The notes under the pieces are model-generated. The model was not told the origin of the DNA. It did not search any database and was given only the letters and a program-made list of their open reading frames with translations. From assembly GCA_964016885.1 (NCBI GenBank), contig OZ024743.1, positions 243,846,001 through 243,910,000 of the forward strand: a stretch of DNA of 64,000 nt. Reading direction: 5' to 3'. Made by a program: the position numbers and the translations under genes. The DNA comes from Eledone cirrhosa. Its lineage: Eukaryota. Below are positions 15,340 to 28,800 of the stretch, piece after piece; the first letter of the stretch is position 1; every line of letters starts with the position of its first letter.

Positions 15340-15911
15340 ATTTAAAAAAAATAATTTTTTAGGGTTTCCCCTAGAAAGATTATTTCTGTTTTATTTTGTT
15401 TCCGTTTGTTGTCTTGTCCTCTCTTGATTAATTTTCTTAAGTTTATCAAAACTAATGTGACGAACGTGTTTATCTCTTTTCCCATTTATTGACTTACATT
15501 TTTTAACACATCTTACTTTCTTCTTCTTTCTTTTTTCTTCCTTTTTTTTCTTTTATTTAATTTATGTCTGTCGTGCTATAAGACGCACCACACTTTTTCC
15601 CTGACGTCACACAAAATTCTATGTGTTTTGTAGCTTAATTGCTATAAAATAATGTTTTGTCTTTCGTCTCTTACGCCACTGGACAGCATTTGGCTTGTGT
15701 CAGACGCTGTGACCCCGGATGCATCAACAGTACCGTTGGTAAGGGTCGAAACTGCCAAATTGCATCTCAAAGGCCGATGACCATGGAGTTCTGTGTCCTT
15801 CGTTTGTATCTTTATTTATTTAAAATAATTTTTTAAGGTTTCCCCTTAAAAACTTGTTTTTCGTTTCGTTTTGTTTCCGTTCGTTGTCTTGTACTTTCTT
15901 TGTTAATTTCC
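15340..15911 (+). mobile_element. Hairpin-rich repeat with duplicated 3' end; same family as 37336-37591
   Basis: 15603-15880 aligns to 37336-37590; terminal segment repeated at 15340-15437 and 15819-15911; ends at (TA)n. Confidence 0.65.
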
Positions 15912-16085
15912 ATATATATATATATATACACCCAACCCACTACCCCTACTCCATTCTCCCACTCCCACCAACACCAGCCCCTTTCCCTGTAAAGTTATGT
16001 TGGTACCACAACATCCAGTCCAAACTAATGAGATCGTGTAGGTGTCACGACAAAACGCACACAGTCCACACTGTAATGTGGCCGT

Positions 16086-16291
16086 GTAGGTAACACGGTA
16101 AAAACTTCCCAGTCCACACTGTAAACGTGGTTGGTGTTAGGAAGGGCATCCAGCCGTAGAAAACCTGCCAGACAGTCCTATACGAGCGAGACACGGTCAC
16201 CCGACCAATCTTGCCTCAAGTGGAACAATTCTCGTCTAACCCATGCTAGTGTGGAAGATAGACGTTAAACGATGATGATGATGATGATGAT
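16086..16291 (+). mobile_element. SINE/RTE-related tail ending in (GAT)n
   Basis: gttaggaagggcatccagccgtagaaa...cccatgctagtgtggaa...gacgttaaacgatgatgat. Confidence 0.7.
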
Positions 16292-16449
16292 TTATATGCT
16301 GCGGGATTCAGGGATCGAACTAGAGATGTCATAATTGAAAAGCGAACTTCTTGAATCGCTCACGTCTGCACATATTTGCATGCATATAAGCATACATACA
16401 TTGTCATACACACATATACGTACCCCCCCCACCATATATGAAGTATATA

Positions 16450-17330
16450 CATATGTACACACACACACACACATATATATATAGTTATACATAAACAAAC
16501 ACATACATATCTGTAGCGGTTGTCTCCCTTGTTTGGATTAACATCTAGACGGGAAGTAGAACCCTTTCTGTAACTTCCGGTCAGAACCCTATAAAACTAA
16601 CAACTTTAAGTTCTCACTCTCTCATTGCCTTTTCGGCACCAGGCCAAGAGCCTCTCATTTGCCTTCCGGCGCCTGGCCTTAGCCAGGCGTCCTCTGCCAG
16701 CCGCGTTTGCCTGGCAATCAAAACGGTAACGACTAACTTTGTTTCATTCTATCATCTATTTCTTTGACATGTCAACTATACTATCTACCATTGTTAATTA
16801 AATATTATACACACAAACCATGTATTCCTTGTTACTTTCATACAACCCAGTACTCTCGCTATATATCCATAAACCCTACACACACACATATATGTAGTTA
16901 TACATAAACAAACATACATATCCATACACTCTACACACACACACATATATATAGTTATACATAAACAAACACATACATATACATACACCCTACACACACA
17001 CACATATATATAGTTATACATAAACAAACATATACATATACAAACACCCTACAAACACACATACACATATATAGTGATATATAAACAAACATACATACAT
17101 ATTCATACACCCTACACACACACACAGACACACACACATATATATATAGTTATATATAAACAAACATACATACATATCCATACACCCTATACACACATAT
17201 ATACAAATGCATACATATGCACACACACACATACATACACACACACATATATAAACAATATATAAACAAACACATGCATATCCATACACCTACATACATA
17301 TATATAAATACACACACACACAGAGACAGA
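16450..17330. repeat. Compound minisatellite (about 60-bp unit built from CA/TA microsatellites)
   Basis: Recurrent atagttatacataaacaaacatacatatccatacaccctacacac unit. Confidence 0.8.
16512..16863 (+). mobile_element. Solo LTR (Ty3/Gypsy-type likely)
   Basis: Termini TGTAGCG...CGCTATA (CA mutated to TA), 4-bp TSD TATC on both sides, TATA-like ctataaaa at about 16590 and ATTAAA at about 16798. Confidence 0.75.
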
Positions 17331-17363
17331 CACATACACACACACACACACAGACAGACGCAC

Positions 17364-17405
<42 letters not shown>

Positions 17406-17771
17406 ACACAGACAGGCACACACACACGCACACTCATGTATAACGTAAATATATAGTGGCGTACCCCCACACACTTAAGCGTGTATCTTTGTCTTCCGCT
17501 TAATCTGAAGACCTCTGGCAGTATAAACACTAAGTTCAATTACAGTGAACAGTGATTTGGGTTAAGCTTCTCCTTCTGTCAGTTTAAATAAGCCGTGGTG
17601 TGTGTAGAAGAGGGGCAGGAGAGGGAGGGCATAATCTACGTGTGTGGTTTTAGGGGTAAAAATATCAATGAAACACCACACACGGCTATATATCTCTCTG
17701 TCTGACTGACTGTCTGCGTGAGTGTTTCTCTTTCCTCTATCACTCTAGCCCTTTTTTTTCAATCCATGTGA

Positions 17772-17825
<54 letters not shown>

Positions 17826-17836
17826 GTCTGTCTGTC

Positions 17837-17871
<35 letters not shown>

Positions 17872-17910
17872 CTGTCTAAAGAAACATATCTATCTGTCTA
17901 TCTATCTCTT

Positions 17911-19673
17911 AAATCGCGCGGTCCATCCGACAAGGGTGCCCTCTCTCCTCCCTTCTGTATGTGTTGACTCTCGAGCCACTACTGCGGAAGTTGGAGTTGT
18001 TGCAGGGCATCCCTTTGGAACCGGGATTGCGGAAAGCGGTGTCGGCCTACGCCGATGACGTGACAGTAATGGTGTCGACGGCCTCCGAAATCGAGGCAGT
18101 CGGCACCTTACTGGAGGTGTACGAAAGGTTCACAGGGGCTAAGCTGAACCGGGACAAGTCGATCGGTTTGCAACTCGGCATGTGGAGGGGCAGACCGATG
18201 CCCTCCGATGGCGTCGTCGGACGCTGGACGGAGGGCCCGGTGAAGTTGCTCGGGGTCTGGTTCGGACCGGACCTCCAGGTGGAGAACAACTGGGCGGAGG
18301 TTACGAACAGGGTGTTTGCACTGACCCAGAAGTGGGCCAGTTGCAAACTATCCCTGAAAGGTCGGGCGGAGGTGGCGAACACCTACATAGCGTCCGTCAT
18401 CTACTACCGCCTGACCGTAGTGCCCTGCCCAAGGGAAACCCTCACCAAGATGGAGCGCGCGCTCTTCCAATTCCTTTGGAAGAGGCGGACTCCTATGGTG
18501 AGGAGATCCATCTGCTGTCAACACCCTTCGAAAGGAGGGCTGGGGATGCCGTGGCTAATGATGCGTAAACACGCATTAAGGCTACGGCACCTCTACGTAT
18601 TCCTCACCGGTCAACCGGTGTGGGCCTCGTTTGTGAGACGAACCTTTCCCAGACTCGTCTCACTCACCGAGCTGCAATCCTGGGTCAAGCAAAGACCGAG
18701 AAAACTGGGCGCCTGGCACACTGAGTGTGCCCAGGCGCTCACCGCCCTCTGGCAGGCGGATCCGGTTATCAGTGGAGACTCCACCGCAACATTCTATAGA
18801 GGGCTGGTACGCAGCAGGTGCGACGACGCCCTCGGAGAAGCCCTAGACATGGAGGAGGACGAACTGGCCAGCCTGTTCGGTAGGACATTCAGCCCGGGAC
18901 CTATGGACAACTTCCAGAAGTCCCTGGCCTGGCAGTGCTACCGAGGGGCTTTACCCGTTCGAGAAAGGCTCTACAGACACGGGCGCCCGGGTAGGGACCC
19001 CGCCAAAAAGATCTGTCCCAGATGCGTGTGCGACGAGGAAACCGTTGCACACGCATTGGTACACTGCTCGAGCGTAGCCGATCTGTGGGGCTATGTCGAA
19101 CAACTGCTGTCAAGGGTGGGACCGATCCGGTTGACCACCGAGTCTATTGTAATGATCAAGCCGCCTCCCCCCTTCAAAGATGAAGCAGAGGCGGTGTTTC
19201 TGTGCGTAATAGCCATGGCGAAAGAGGTTGTATGGCGGACGCGTCTGAAAGGACTGAGGTCAGGCACCTTTCTCTCTGGCCAACAACTGGTCCGTTTCTT
19301 CCGATATCATTTCGGAAGAAGGATCAGGATGGAGAGAGAGGTGCTCCACCCCAGTCGTTTTTATGAAAGGTGGGTGAAAGTGGCGAGAATGGCCCGTGTG
19401 AATGGGCCTTCTCTTTACATAAGCCTGTAGGTGGAAAAGAGGAAGGAACGAGGGAGCACCCCCTCTCTGTGCTCCTGAGGAAAAGGGTTGCACACTTTTT
19501 TCGGGGGTGTGTGCGACCCCCCAAGGCGCCTCCTCTCTATTGAGGATTTTGTTATAAATTTTATTTTTTGTTATATATTATTATTGCCTCCTCCTTATTG
19601 AGGACGCCTTTTTGTGTAAACTCCCCCCTTGTACTTGTCCCACTTTTGATGCCCTGGTGGCAAATAAAAGAAA
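17911..19673 (+). mobile_element. 5'-truncated L1-clade (Tx1-like) LINE in (TATC)n
   Basis: RT C-terminal half plus 3' UTR ending aataaaagaaa; aaagaaacatatctatct duplicated at 17878-17895 and 19667-19684. Confidence 0.9.
17961..19430 (+). CDS. LINE ORF2 fragment: RT (YADD) plus C-terminal CCHC zinc finger
   Basis: Upstream [26 protein letters not shown]...[22 protein letters not shown]...[10 protein letters not shown]; uninterrupted 489 codons; no true start. Confidence 0.9.
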   Translation: MLTLEPLLRKLELLQGIPLEPGLRKAVSAYADDVTVMVSTASEIEAVGTLLEVYERFTGAKLNRDKSIGLQLGMWRGRPMPSDGVVGRWTEGPVKLLGVWFGPDLQVENNWAEVTNRVFALTQKWASCKLSLKGRAEVANTYIASVIYYRLTVVPCPRETLTKMERALFQFLWKRRTPMVRRSICCQHPSKGGLGMPWLMMRKHALRLRHLYVFLTGQPVWASFVRRTFPRLVSLTELQSWVKQRPRKLGAWHTECAQALTALWQADPVISGDSTATFYRGLVRSRCDDALGEALDMEEDELASLFGRTFSPGPMDNFQKSLAWQCYRGALPVRERLYRHGRPGRDPAKKICPRCVCDEETVAHALVHCSSVADLWGYVEQLLSRVGPIRLTTESIVMIKPPPPFKDEAEAVFLCVIAMAKEVVWRTRLKGLRSGTFLSGQQLVRFFRYHFGRRIRMEREVLHPSRFYERWVKVARMARVNGPSLYISL

Positions 19674-20195
19674 CATATCTATCTCTATTTCTCTACTATA
19701 CATATTTGCCGTAATACACACACACACATACACACACATATGACACACACACACACACATACGACACACACACACACACACACACATACATACAGAGAAA
19801 CAAGCGAAGGTCATGCATACACACATACACATTGGCGCAATTGTATGTATGTGTGTATGTGTGGGTGTGCGCGTGCACGTGTGTATTGGACCTCTGTCGG
19901 CTCCGACGACGCATGTTCCAGTTGTGAACGGATTTCAATTCTTCCAACACCTGCCTTCTGGACAGTTGTTTATTGAATGCATCTGTTTAAATAAAGCATC
20001 ACAATAAATATGGAGTCGCTAGAACGTCTGATAGGTGTTCGTTTCGACTCTCTGAGTTCAACATTGGTCAACAACACCTTTCATCCTTTCAAGGTCGATA
20101 AAAAAATACCAGTCTAGTACTGAGGTCGATTCTTCCTCTATATCACTTTCTCACTTCCAGTCTCTAATTTCTCTACCACAAGAGCAGTTATAGAG

Positions 20196-21366
20196 CTCAA
20201 ATGTGGCAAGGCCACTGAGGAAGGTGAAATCCGGTCCGAGATGTTAAAAACCTTAAATGGAGAAGGAATTCTCTGGCTGACTCATTTTGCTGGGTGGCCA
20301 GGATCTCTGGACAGGCAGCTAAGCAATGGCATTCGGGAGTGATAATCCCAATTTTCAAAAAGGAAGACAAGAGTGATTGTTCCAATTATAGAGGGATCTT
20401 TAAGTCCCCCCCCCCCCCCCGGTAAAGTCTATGCTAAGTGTCTGGCAAAGAGATGTCCAAGCTAGCTAATGGACTGTGAGGTTTTCGCCCTGGATGCAGC
20501 ACAGCCGACCAAATATTGATACTGTGGAAGGTGTTCGAGAAATCGTGGGAGTATTGCCAAAATATATATTCATGTTTTGTAGACCTTGAAAAGGCATATA
20601 ACTGCGTTCCTCGGGACCTGCTGTGCAAGAGTATGAGATTAATGGTCAGCTTCTTGCCGCCCTGATGTCTCTATACAAATGCCCAAATATTTGTGTTCGG
20701 ATAAATGGTGTTAAATCAAAATCATTCAATGTCGGAGTTGGACTCCGCCAAGGTTGCGTACTGTCACCTCTCGTGGATTGGCAGTATCGGTAGAGGATCG
20801 GACGCCATGCTTTCCAGCATAGTTACGTCCCTTTACGATCTGAGTTCAAATCCCGCCGAGGTTGACTTTGCCTTTCATCCTTACGGGGTCGATAAAATAA
20901 AGTACCAGTAATGCACTGGGTAATTGCTGGCCTTGTGCCTAAAGTAGAAACAATTATTTACATGAACAGGATTGACATGCACAGCCGGGTTGGAAGTGGT
21001 GTCACGACTGGCGGGGGTAAAATCAGTCGGCTGGAATTTGTAGACAACAGGAAGTGATCTCCGACATGTACTCGATAGGTTTGATGTCGAGTGGTGCATG
21101 GCTGGAATGAAAATCAATGCTGCGAAAACTGAGACACTCGTCTTCTCAAGGAAGTCTGCTCAGTGCACTCTACATGTGAAGTTCCACTGAAGCAGGTGGA
21201 GAAGGGATGGAAAACAGGAGCTGGTGCAGTAATGCGCCAGCTTCAGCATTCGGTAATCAGAAGGGTGGTAGATGTAAAGACAAAGCTCGCTTTCTTCGGT
21301 TCCGTATTCGTGTCAACCCTTACCTATAGTCATGAATCTTGGATAAACAACGAAAGAATACGATCA
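20196..21366 (+). pseudogene. Decayed RTE-clade reverse transcriptase
   Basis: EIRSEMLK, VIIPIFKKEDKSDCSNYRGI, GFRPGCSTADQI, CFVDLEKAYNCVPR, GLRQGCVLSPL, GMKINAAKTE; frameshifted and split by a SINE. Confidence 0.85.
20774..20958 (+). mobile_element. SINE family A nested in the RTE remnant
   Basis: Nearly identical to 60740-60927. Confidence 0.9.
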
Positions 21367-21654
21367 TGACATCTATATACTACTAAAACTCTGTGATTGC
21401 TTGCTTGTCTATAATGTAATACAGCCAAAAGGGCGCATAATGGGAAAATACTTTGAAAGGAAGTTGACCCTGAAATGGGAATACAAATGGAATAAAAGAA
21501 GTTTCGCGTAAATCGGTATACGCCTTCCCGAGATATGGGGTTTTCTGGGTACCATTATAAATAGAGAGGGAGAGAAGGATAGAGAGAAAGAGATAGTGGT
21601 TGTGAGAGAGTAGATTGAAAGAGAAACATAGAGAGGGAGAGAGAAGGAAAATGG

Positions 21655-21739
<85 letters not shown>

Positions 21740-21877
21740 AGAGCTAGTGGTGTTGTTGAATGAAATTACAACCGGTGACTTCAAAGAAACGAATACAGCA
21801 TTACTGTATCCTGATAAATAGAAAGGGTTTCTAAGTGTGCCTGTGTATGTGTGTGTGAATATATATATATATATATA

Positions 21878-22142
21878 TCACAGAAAAAAAGATAATCAGT
21901 GTTGCGACGAATGGAATTTATTGGACATATTACAATCGTTTCTCTGGCGACCAGCTCGAGGCACGATCGATGTGATGATCGAACCTGACTCTGAAAATGG
22001 AGCTGGTCGCCAGAGAAACGATTGTAATATGTCCAATAAATTCCATTCGTCGCAACACTGATTCTCTTTTTTTCTGTGATATCATACTCTGCTCTATGAG
22101 AGCATCGAGTGATCATACGGCCTACCGCATACCAACACCAAT
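21878..22142 (+). mobile_element. Fold-back insert, second copy of the 2241 family
   Basis: Same outer start tcacagaaaa, different inner junction; (TA)n on both sides. Confidence 0.8.
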
Positions 22143-23335
22143 TATATATATATGTATACACACACACATATATATATATATATCTCTTATATATATAAAT
22201 GGGCCTTCCAATTTCATTTTACATTATATACATGTCTGTGTATATTTAAATTATTTAAAAATTATTTTTTAAGTGAACGTGACCCAATGGATCATGGGTG
22301 GTCTAATATAAGGTAAAAGTGTAAATTGTTTTTTTGTTGTTATTTGTTTTTCTTACTTTTCATTACTCTACTTTTACCTCTATTTCTAATTTGCTTTGTA
22401 CCGGCTTTCCAAAACCAATCAGAGCCAATTTTTTTAAATATTTATGTTATTTTCTAAGATTATTTCAACAAATATACTCACATAACAGACGTCGCTACCG
22501 AACTGCTAAACTGCCCATTGTTGGCGTGTAGCTTGACAGTTCATATTTGCTGTCAACCTAAACTGGATACGTAACCTAACTTCTATAACTTCTGACTTAT
22601 TTTCTAAGACGTAATTGGGTTTGTTTATTTCACGGTTCAAGAACCACTGGGTAATAACTATACTCTGTGTGTGCCCTGCGCAAGGACATACAACCAAAAT
22701 TAACTCGACCAAAAGATATTTTTTATTATAAGAGAGATAAAAAAAATTTGTAAAAGATTAAAGAATATATAATTTATTTCATTCGGTGTTGAAAACCTCA
22801 AATCGCATATTGATTAAGTACTGAGCGCTGTTAGAATTTGAAATGTGTAAATGTGGGCGTCCCAAACGCGGAAATTGACTGCAATAACTGATGATCGCAA
22901 TAAACAATAGTTAAGTAAATCGGGTAAAATACTCTTGGAGACGATAAAAGGGGAACAGAAACGCCAAATCTCTCGAATATAGTGCAACCACGTTAACTAC
23001 TATACTAAGAAGTAACTGATATGTTCTTTCGTCTTTCTAGAATACTATATAGTATATAGTTTAATTTAAACTAGTTTGAAATATTTAATGTAATCTAGCA
23101 CTTTACTTGTATTCTTTTATAATGTTTACACGTGCTGACTTATCAGTGTTTAGTGCAAAACATTTTAAATGCATTACTTATATTACACAAAAGCAATGAA
23201 ATTTCAATAAGTTAATGTTTACTATTAAATCAGTCACACACATGTACACCAAGTTCGAATACAGAGGAAGCAAACTTCCACTGCCATCACCTCCGTCTCT
23301 CCTGCTCTCTCCATCTCTCATTATTATGAGCAAAT

Positions 23336-23498
23336 GGGCGGTGGATGGCAGTATCGGTAGAGAGTCGGACGTCATGCTTTGCAGCAAAGAGTTACGGCCC
23401 TTTATGGTCTGAGTTCAAATCCCGCCAAGGTTAACTTTGCCTTTCATCCTTACGTACCAGTAATTGCTGGCGTTGTGCCAAAAGTAGAAACAATTATT
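23336..23498 (+). mobile_element. SINE family A with target-site duplication
   Basis: attattatgagcaaatggg at 23320-23338 and 23493-23511. Confidence 0.9.
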
Positions 23499-23511
23499 AT
23501 GAGCAAATGGG

Positions 23512-24295
23512 GGGCCACGCGCTGGCCGCCTAGCGGCTCCGGCGGAGAGAATGGAGAAGGCCTTTCCCCGGAGGGTGGTGAAAGGAGATGCGTTGGATGA
23601 GCAATTCCAGCTCACGAGGCTCATTCCTGCGGGTAGCCAACTCTGTGCCAATGGTGGTGAGTAGGGAGGTGGCAATAGGGCCACGGACACCAGAAGTCTC
23701 CACTGATACGGGCTAAACTGCAAACATGCCACCGATATTTAGAGAGTTTACCCTCCTCATACCGAAGTGCAGCAGAGCCTGGGTTAGTTGTAGAATGCAC
23801 CAGGTTGCTGTTGGAGAATGTTTCGCTGCATGTAGCATCCCAGATGAAGGGTCTACCACCGCAGAACGGGAAGATGGTCATGCCGTCTGCCCTTTTGCCG
23901 TCCTCTCGATCCAGCCCCGCCGGATCGAGCTGGAAGGGGACGCCTGCGGCACCCAAGCCATGATGCTTTATAACCTCGTTGAGAGCAGCATGCCGTGGAA
24001 GGCGGTCGGTACTGTAGCGACAGAACAGCGGATGGAGGCCGAAAGAGTCTACGGCGGATCCGCAGCGACATTTGTGTGGCTCGCAAATCCGGAGACCGAG
24101 CCTCGGGGAAGCCCCGATGCACAGGCTATCATTATTCAGTTGCGTATCAGTTGAAAAGGAGGGTAAGGCATTAAGCCAGGCAACGCTGCGGGGTTGCGAG
24201 GCCGAGCGAAAACATGCGAGGTTGTGCTGGTCGAGCTGGTTCGCTCGTCTGTTGGAGGCCATGTTGCACTGGGTGGCATCCCATATGCTCTGGGG
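23512..24295 (-). pseudogene. CRE-clade non-LTR retrotransposon 3' fragment (CCHC plus restriction-like endonuclease)
   Basis: AWLNALPS, PHKCRCGSAVDSFGLHPLFC, PRHAALNEVIK, DGKRADGMTIFPF, WDATC, EEGKLSKY. Confidence 0.85.
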
Positions 24296-24502
24296 AGACC
24301 TATTGGAATTTCATTACTATATAGCTTGCAGCTCGAATTTAAACAAGCTTCTTATGATTACACACAATATGATTACACACACACACACACATATATATTA
24401 CATATTATATTATTTAACAATGATAACAAGCGCAAGTTATTTTACATATTTCATTCATTGTTTTACGATCTTTTCGGAGAGTGTATGTATATATATATAT
24501 AT

Positions 24503-24946
24503 ATATAGAGAAAATTGAGGTTGGTAATGGCACATGGAATATATAAGAGACAGAATACTTTTTTGTGAAAAAACATAATTTTATAAGGTAAGGAAATAAT
24601 AAAGGGTATAAAAAAATGACCGGTTTCGATGGGTCTGCAAAAGCCATCTTTTCAAATGTTGATTAATATTAAGAAAAATTAATAATACGAAGAGTTAAAA
24701 TTTGAGATTTGAAAATTCAAGTATAAAATTCATTGTGGGATTTCATAGCAGTTTTCATCTAGGTAGCAACAACAGGTTGACTGCTGTGTCCCATCGAAAC
24801 CGGTCATTTTTTATACCCTTTATTATTTCCTTACCTTATAAAATTATGTTTTTTCACAAAAAAGTATTCTGTCTCTTATATATTCCATGTACCATTACCA
24901 ACCTCAATTTTCTCTATAACCTTCGTTTTGTGTAGAAAATTACACT

Positions 24947-24950
<4 letters not shown>
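24503..24950. mobile_element. Fold-back insert with hammerhead remnants and about 30-nt tail
   Basis: Near-perfect 130-bp arms 24503-24633 and 24790-24918; minus strand ttgaaaa-gatgg...ccatc-GAAAC-cg-GTC at 24655-24618. Confidence 0.8.
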
Positions 24951-25000
<50 letters not shown>

Positions 25001-25186
25001 AAGGAAAAGAATGACTTCACTTGTAGTTCTAAACAATTCAATTTAATTTTATAATATCATAATTTTACAATTTGATTTCGTAGATCTAGTAAGTTCTTTG
25101 TTAACTTTGGTGGGGAGATCTTTTTTAAGATTCTTGGTTAACTTTCCTGGAGAACTTTCTCGCATTCGTCGGTGGCGATTGTCAAA

Positions 25187-25276
<90 letters not shown>

Positions 25277-25320
25277 ACAAATAGGTGCGGTAAGATACCA
25301 GGTGGACCGTAACGCACCAG
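25277..25320 (-). mobile_element. 3'-end fragment of the 35226/57963 family
   Basis: ggtaagataccaggtggaccgtaacgcacc is the reverse complement of ggtgcgttatggtccacctggttccttacc. Confidence 0.65.
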
Positions 25321-25349
25321 GTTACTCTCTCTCTCTCTCTCTCTCTCTC

Positions 25350-25432
<83 letters not shown>

Positions 25433-25460
25433 ATATATATATGTGTGTGTGTGTGTGTGT

Positions 25461-25832
25461 GCATAGGGTAAGGATACCCTTCGGTCACGCGTGACCATGG
25501 GATTTGCACCTAGAAAGTTCCTCTCCGAGGCACAAGGCCGGGCAAGGTTGTTTGTGGAACACCACCAGTCGCCCATGCACACCAGTCTCCTTTTTCCATA
25601 TCACCGATGTTGTTCAAGGGAAAGGCAAATGCTTATACAGCTTGGCACCAGAGATGTTGCAACTAACCTGTCCACGGTCCTCCGAGGCCCACCAAACGGG
25701 GGTTGGTGAGGAGCAACAGCTGATATTTGAGTAGGGTCGGAGTTGCAATGAAGCTTTGTAACGCCACGAGAATCAGCCTTTGTACGGCAGATGGTGGGGA
25801 GTGTCCAGTGCACTGCAGTGAAGGTTAACCTA
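25461..25832 (-). mobile_element. Short non-autonomous retroposon, probably RTE-related
   Basis: GC-rich block with ggtgccaagctg and a gacc-hairpin 3' end abutting (CA)n; sits where the Helitron 3' end is expected. Confidence 0.45.
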
Positions 25833-25859
25833 CTTATAAAGTACTCACGAAAAGGCAAA

Positions 25860-28800
25860 AAATTAAAAAATTAAAAAAGTTATAAAATTAGGAATCGAGG
25901 TAATCCTATAAAACCTCCTTGTACACAATGTTTTTTGTTTTTCCTTACGGAACGAACGCGAAATCATCACTGTTGCTGCCGACACGCGAGCAGCCAACGT
26001 AAAGCTGACCATGAGAGAAACACGGCTCCCCCAAATGTATTCCCGCGACAGACAGTGTTTGCCCCTGCGCTTTGTTAATTGACATTGCGAAGCATTGCCT
26101 GACCGGGAACTGGGACCTCCGAAATGTGAAAGGTAGGTCTGCTCCTGATGGGAAAAGATGCATCCTCGGTATGAGCACAACCTTGCCCCGACCGCACCCT
26201 GTGATTATCGTGGCCTCAATCAGATTGGGAGCTAAGGACTTAACGACCAAACGTGTGCCATTGCATTGTTTCGGCGGAACCAAATTTCGAATGAGCATTA
26301 TAGGGGCACCAACTTTAAGTTTCAAAATGTGTGGGGGTAATCCGGGGGGTGGGTGGGTGGGGGTGGTGGCTCAAAGGAATTTAGTACTTCTATTAGATAG
26401 TTGATGACGTCCTCGGGGTCAGGAGTTCTATCGATAGACTTATATACGTAGCCATCCCCAAGAATGAGTTTTAGCATTTGATCATTAATATGGTTAACAG
26501 TTTTATTCCTCGGGGCCAGAATAGCCCTTTGGGCAAGCCAATCCATATTCTGATAATTTGCTTGGCATACTAACAACGGTACAAAGTGAGTCGATGGCAA
26601 TATTACCCTTTTCATCCCCGGGCGTTTTGCCCTCGCCAAGTGCAAGGAGGGTGTGAGAAAATGTTGCTGATGTGATATCACCTCGCATATGAACACGCAT
26701 GTTAGTGTGAAGTTTCAGAGTCTTCACCAGGGGCCACAATGCGGATGACTTAAGACACGCACGTACTGCATCAGCTCTAGTCCCCTTGGGAATAACGGGA
26801 AGCGTTTGCCTGAAGTTCCCTGAAAGAAGAAGTGTTATGCCTCCCATGGGAGCCGTAGAGTCTTTGATGTCTCTCAGAGTTCTATCTAGCGCCTCAAGAG
26901 CACCTCTGTGGGCTATCGTGCATTCGTCCCAAACGATAAGCTTGCATCGTCTGAACACTTCTGCCTGATCGGAGCTCTTACTGATGTTGCAAATGGATGT
27001 AGGAGTCTGAGCGCAGCTCCTTCTGATTCAATTTTATGAAGCACAGTCTCTCCGACTCCATCTTTGCAGCCATGTCAACTGAAAACTGGTGAAACAGTTC
27101 CCGTGACCTGTGCAGGGTGCTGAAATCGTTAGACCTCGTCATGAAGCGGTATGAGTATAAATCCATGCATGAAACAGTTTTAGATGTCGCAGCAGTGGGA
27201 TCGTTTGGTTTGCGCCGAGGAATGCCGAAATGGTACCCGTCTTCTCCGTATGCAAAAAGAAGGGGATACTGCAGGGTGTCGTATGAACGATGCGTCTCAT
27301 TAATACGTCGAAGACCACTGTCACGACTTTGAAGAACTATGTCTCGCTTATTGTGCTGTTCACCATGGATAACTACGGCCACTTCATTGCACGAAGGAGC
27401 GTTATAACGGCGTGCGTGCACCCCAGAAGGTCTTTTGTCAGCATCGATAACAATGGTGAAGTTTGGTGAACGATTTGTTTCCAATGCGTATTTGAAACTG
27501 CGAATATAACTGTTGTGCTCATGAAGCATGTTTTGAAGACCGAGCAACACGTCCCTTTCAAAAGTGTCAGCGTCAGTGTTTGCAGGTGTTGGAATAACGC
27601 TGAACCGCGCATCAACTTGCCGACTGTAGTTAGAAATGAAGTAAATTTGAAGGAACGAAGGCTTGCAATTTTGTAGTGGCTGGAGCGACCCAATAAGATG
27701 GTACACCTGCCCCTGGACCTTGAAAGTAGGCATCCAACCACTTTCTCTGACAACGTTAGCCCCGAAAGAAGTCATTTGAAAGCACAATTGTACTTCCTGA
27801 TGAGTTGAAGGAATTTGGATGATCTTGAGGTAGAACCAGTAAGTAGTTCCTTCAAAGGCTCTGGTGGTTCCCCAAGAGGGGGAAAGCTGACCTTACCGTT
27901 TAAGTAGCACATTGCAGGTGGCTCCCCAGCCCACTTTTTAGCATTGCAGGATTTGCAATTGAAGCTCATTTCCCCTATATTTATGTCGGCACGCATCGAG
28001 TAGTTAACGTTGGGCTCATACTTGAAAGCCCGTAGGTGCTAGTATGGGCTGTTGGGGCTCGTCACACCGCGGGCAGCTTCTTGTCGTCGACTGTTCCGCT
28101 CCAACGTAGAATGTTGCTCCTGTGGGTCGTGGGAAGCTCCCGCAGCAGTAGCAGAAGCCACCCTTGCAATCCTAATGGAGCGCCCGTCTGCATCTTCAGA
28201 AGCCATGGAAGCAGTCATAGCCGCAGCGTTCCTAGCAAGGCGATTTGTCCGCCGTTCCAAACCTTCCAAAGCCCTGGAAGCAGCAGTAGCCGCAGCGTTT
28301 CTAGTCAGTCTAGCCTTTTGTTCCGGGCCCTCTGAAGCCTTGGAAGCAGCAGTAGCAGCAGCGTTTCTATTCAGGCAAGTCGACCTTTGTTCCGGGCCCT
28401 CTGAAGCCCTGGAAGTAGCAGTAGAAGCGTTTTTCTGAATCGCACATCGCAGCACGTCTCGAGGCGTCGTATGAAGCCATCTTGGCTAGGCGTGCGGTGC
28501 GTTGTTGAAAACTTTCAGCAGCTCTGCATTCCGCTGAACGTAAGGCGCTCTGTGAAAGTCTTAAAGCAGTTTCCTCGGGGGACTCGTTTGCTGTAATCGC
28601 CCTCTGCGCCGCCGCTGACGCGATATGGTGACTGAGGCGACTTCTCTTTTTAGGTGGCATTTTATGTGAAAAAGAAAGGGTGAAAGTTACTTCTACAGCA
28701 AAATTGCCTTTGAAAGTATAAAGCTGAAAACTGTCTGCGTTCCGCAGGGGAAAAATGGGAGAACGAACGGCAAATAAATAACTCACAGTTTGTTGAAAAC

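Noticed and set aside
16450-17330. Repeat-spacer appearance of compound minisatellites (also 36460-36830)
   Set aside because: Spacers are microsatellite variants, there are no cas genes and the context is eukaryotic; not CRISPR
18047-19524. Alternate-frame and antisense ORFs over the L1, CRE, Helitron and PLE coding regions
   Set aside because: Shadows of GC-rich transposon ORFs with no independent motifs
22181-22740. Weak inverted ends tatctcttat...ataagagagata suggesting a MITE
   Set aside because: Too short and AT-rich to distinguish from chance
25640-25830. Possible HDV-like ribozyme in the short retroposon leader
   Set aside because: Could not assign P1, P3-L3 or a catalytic C
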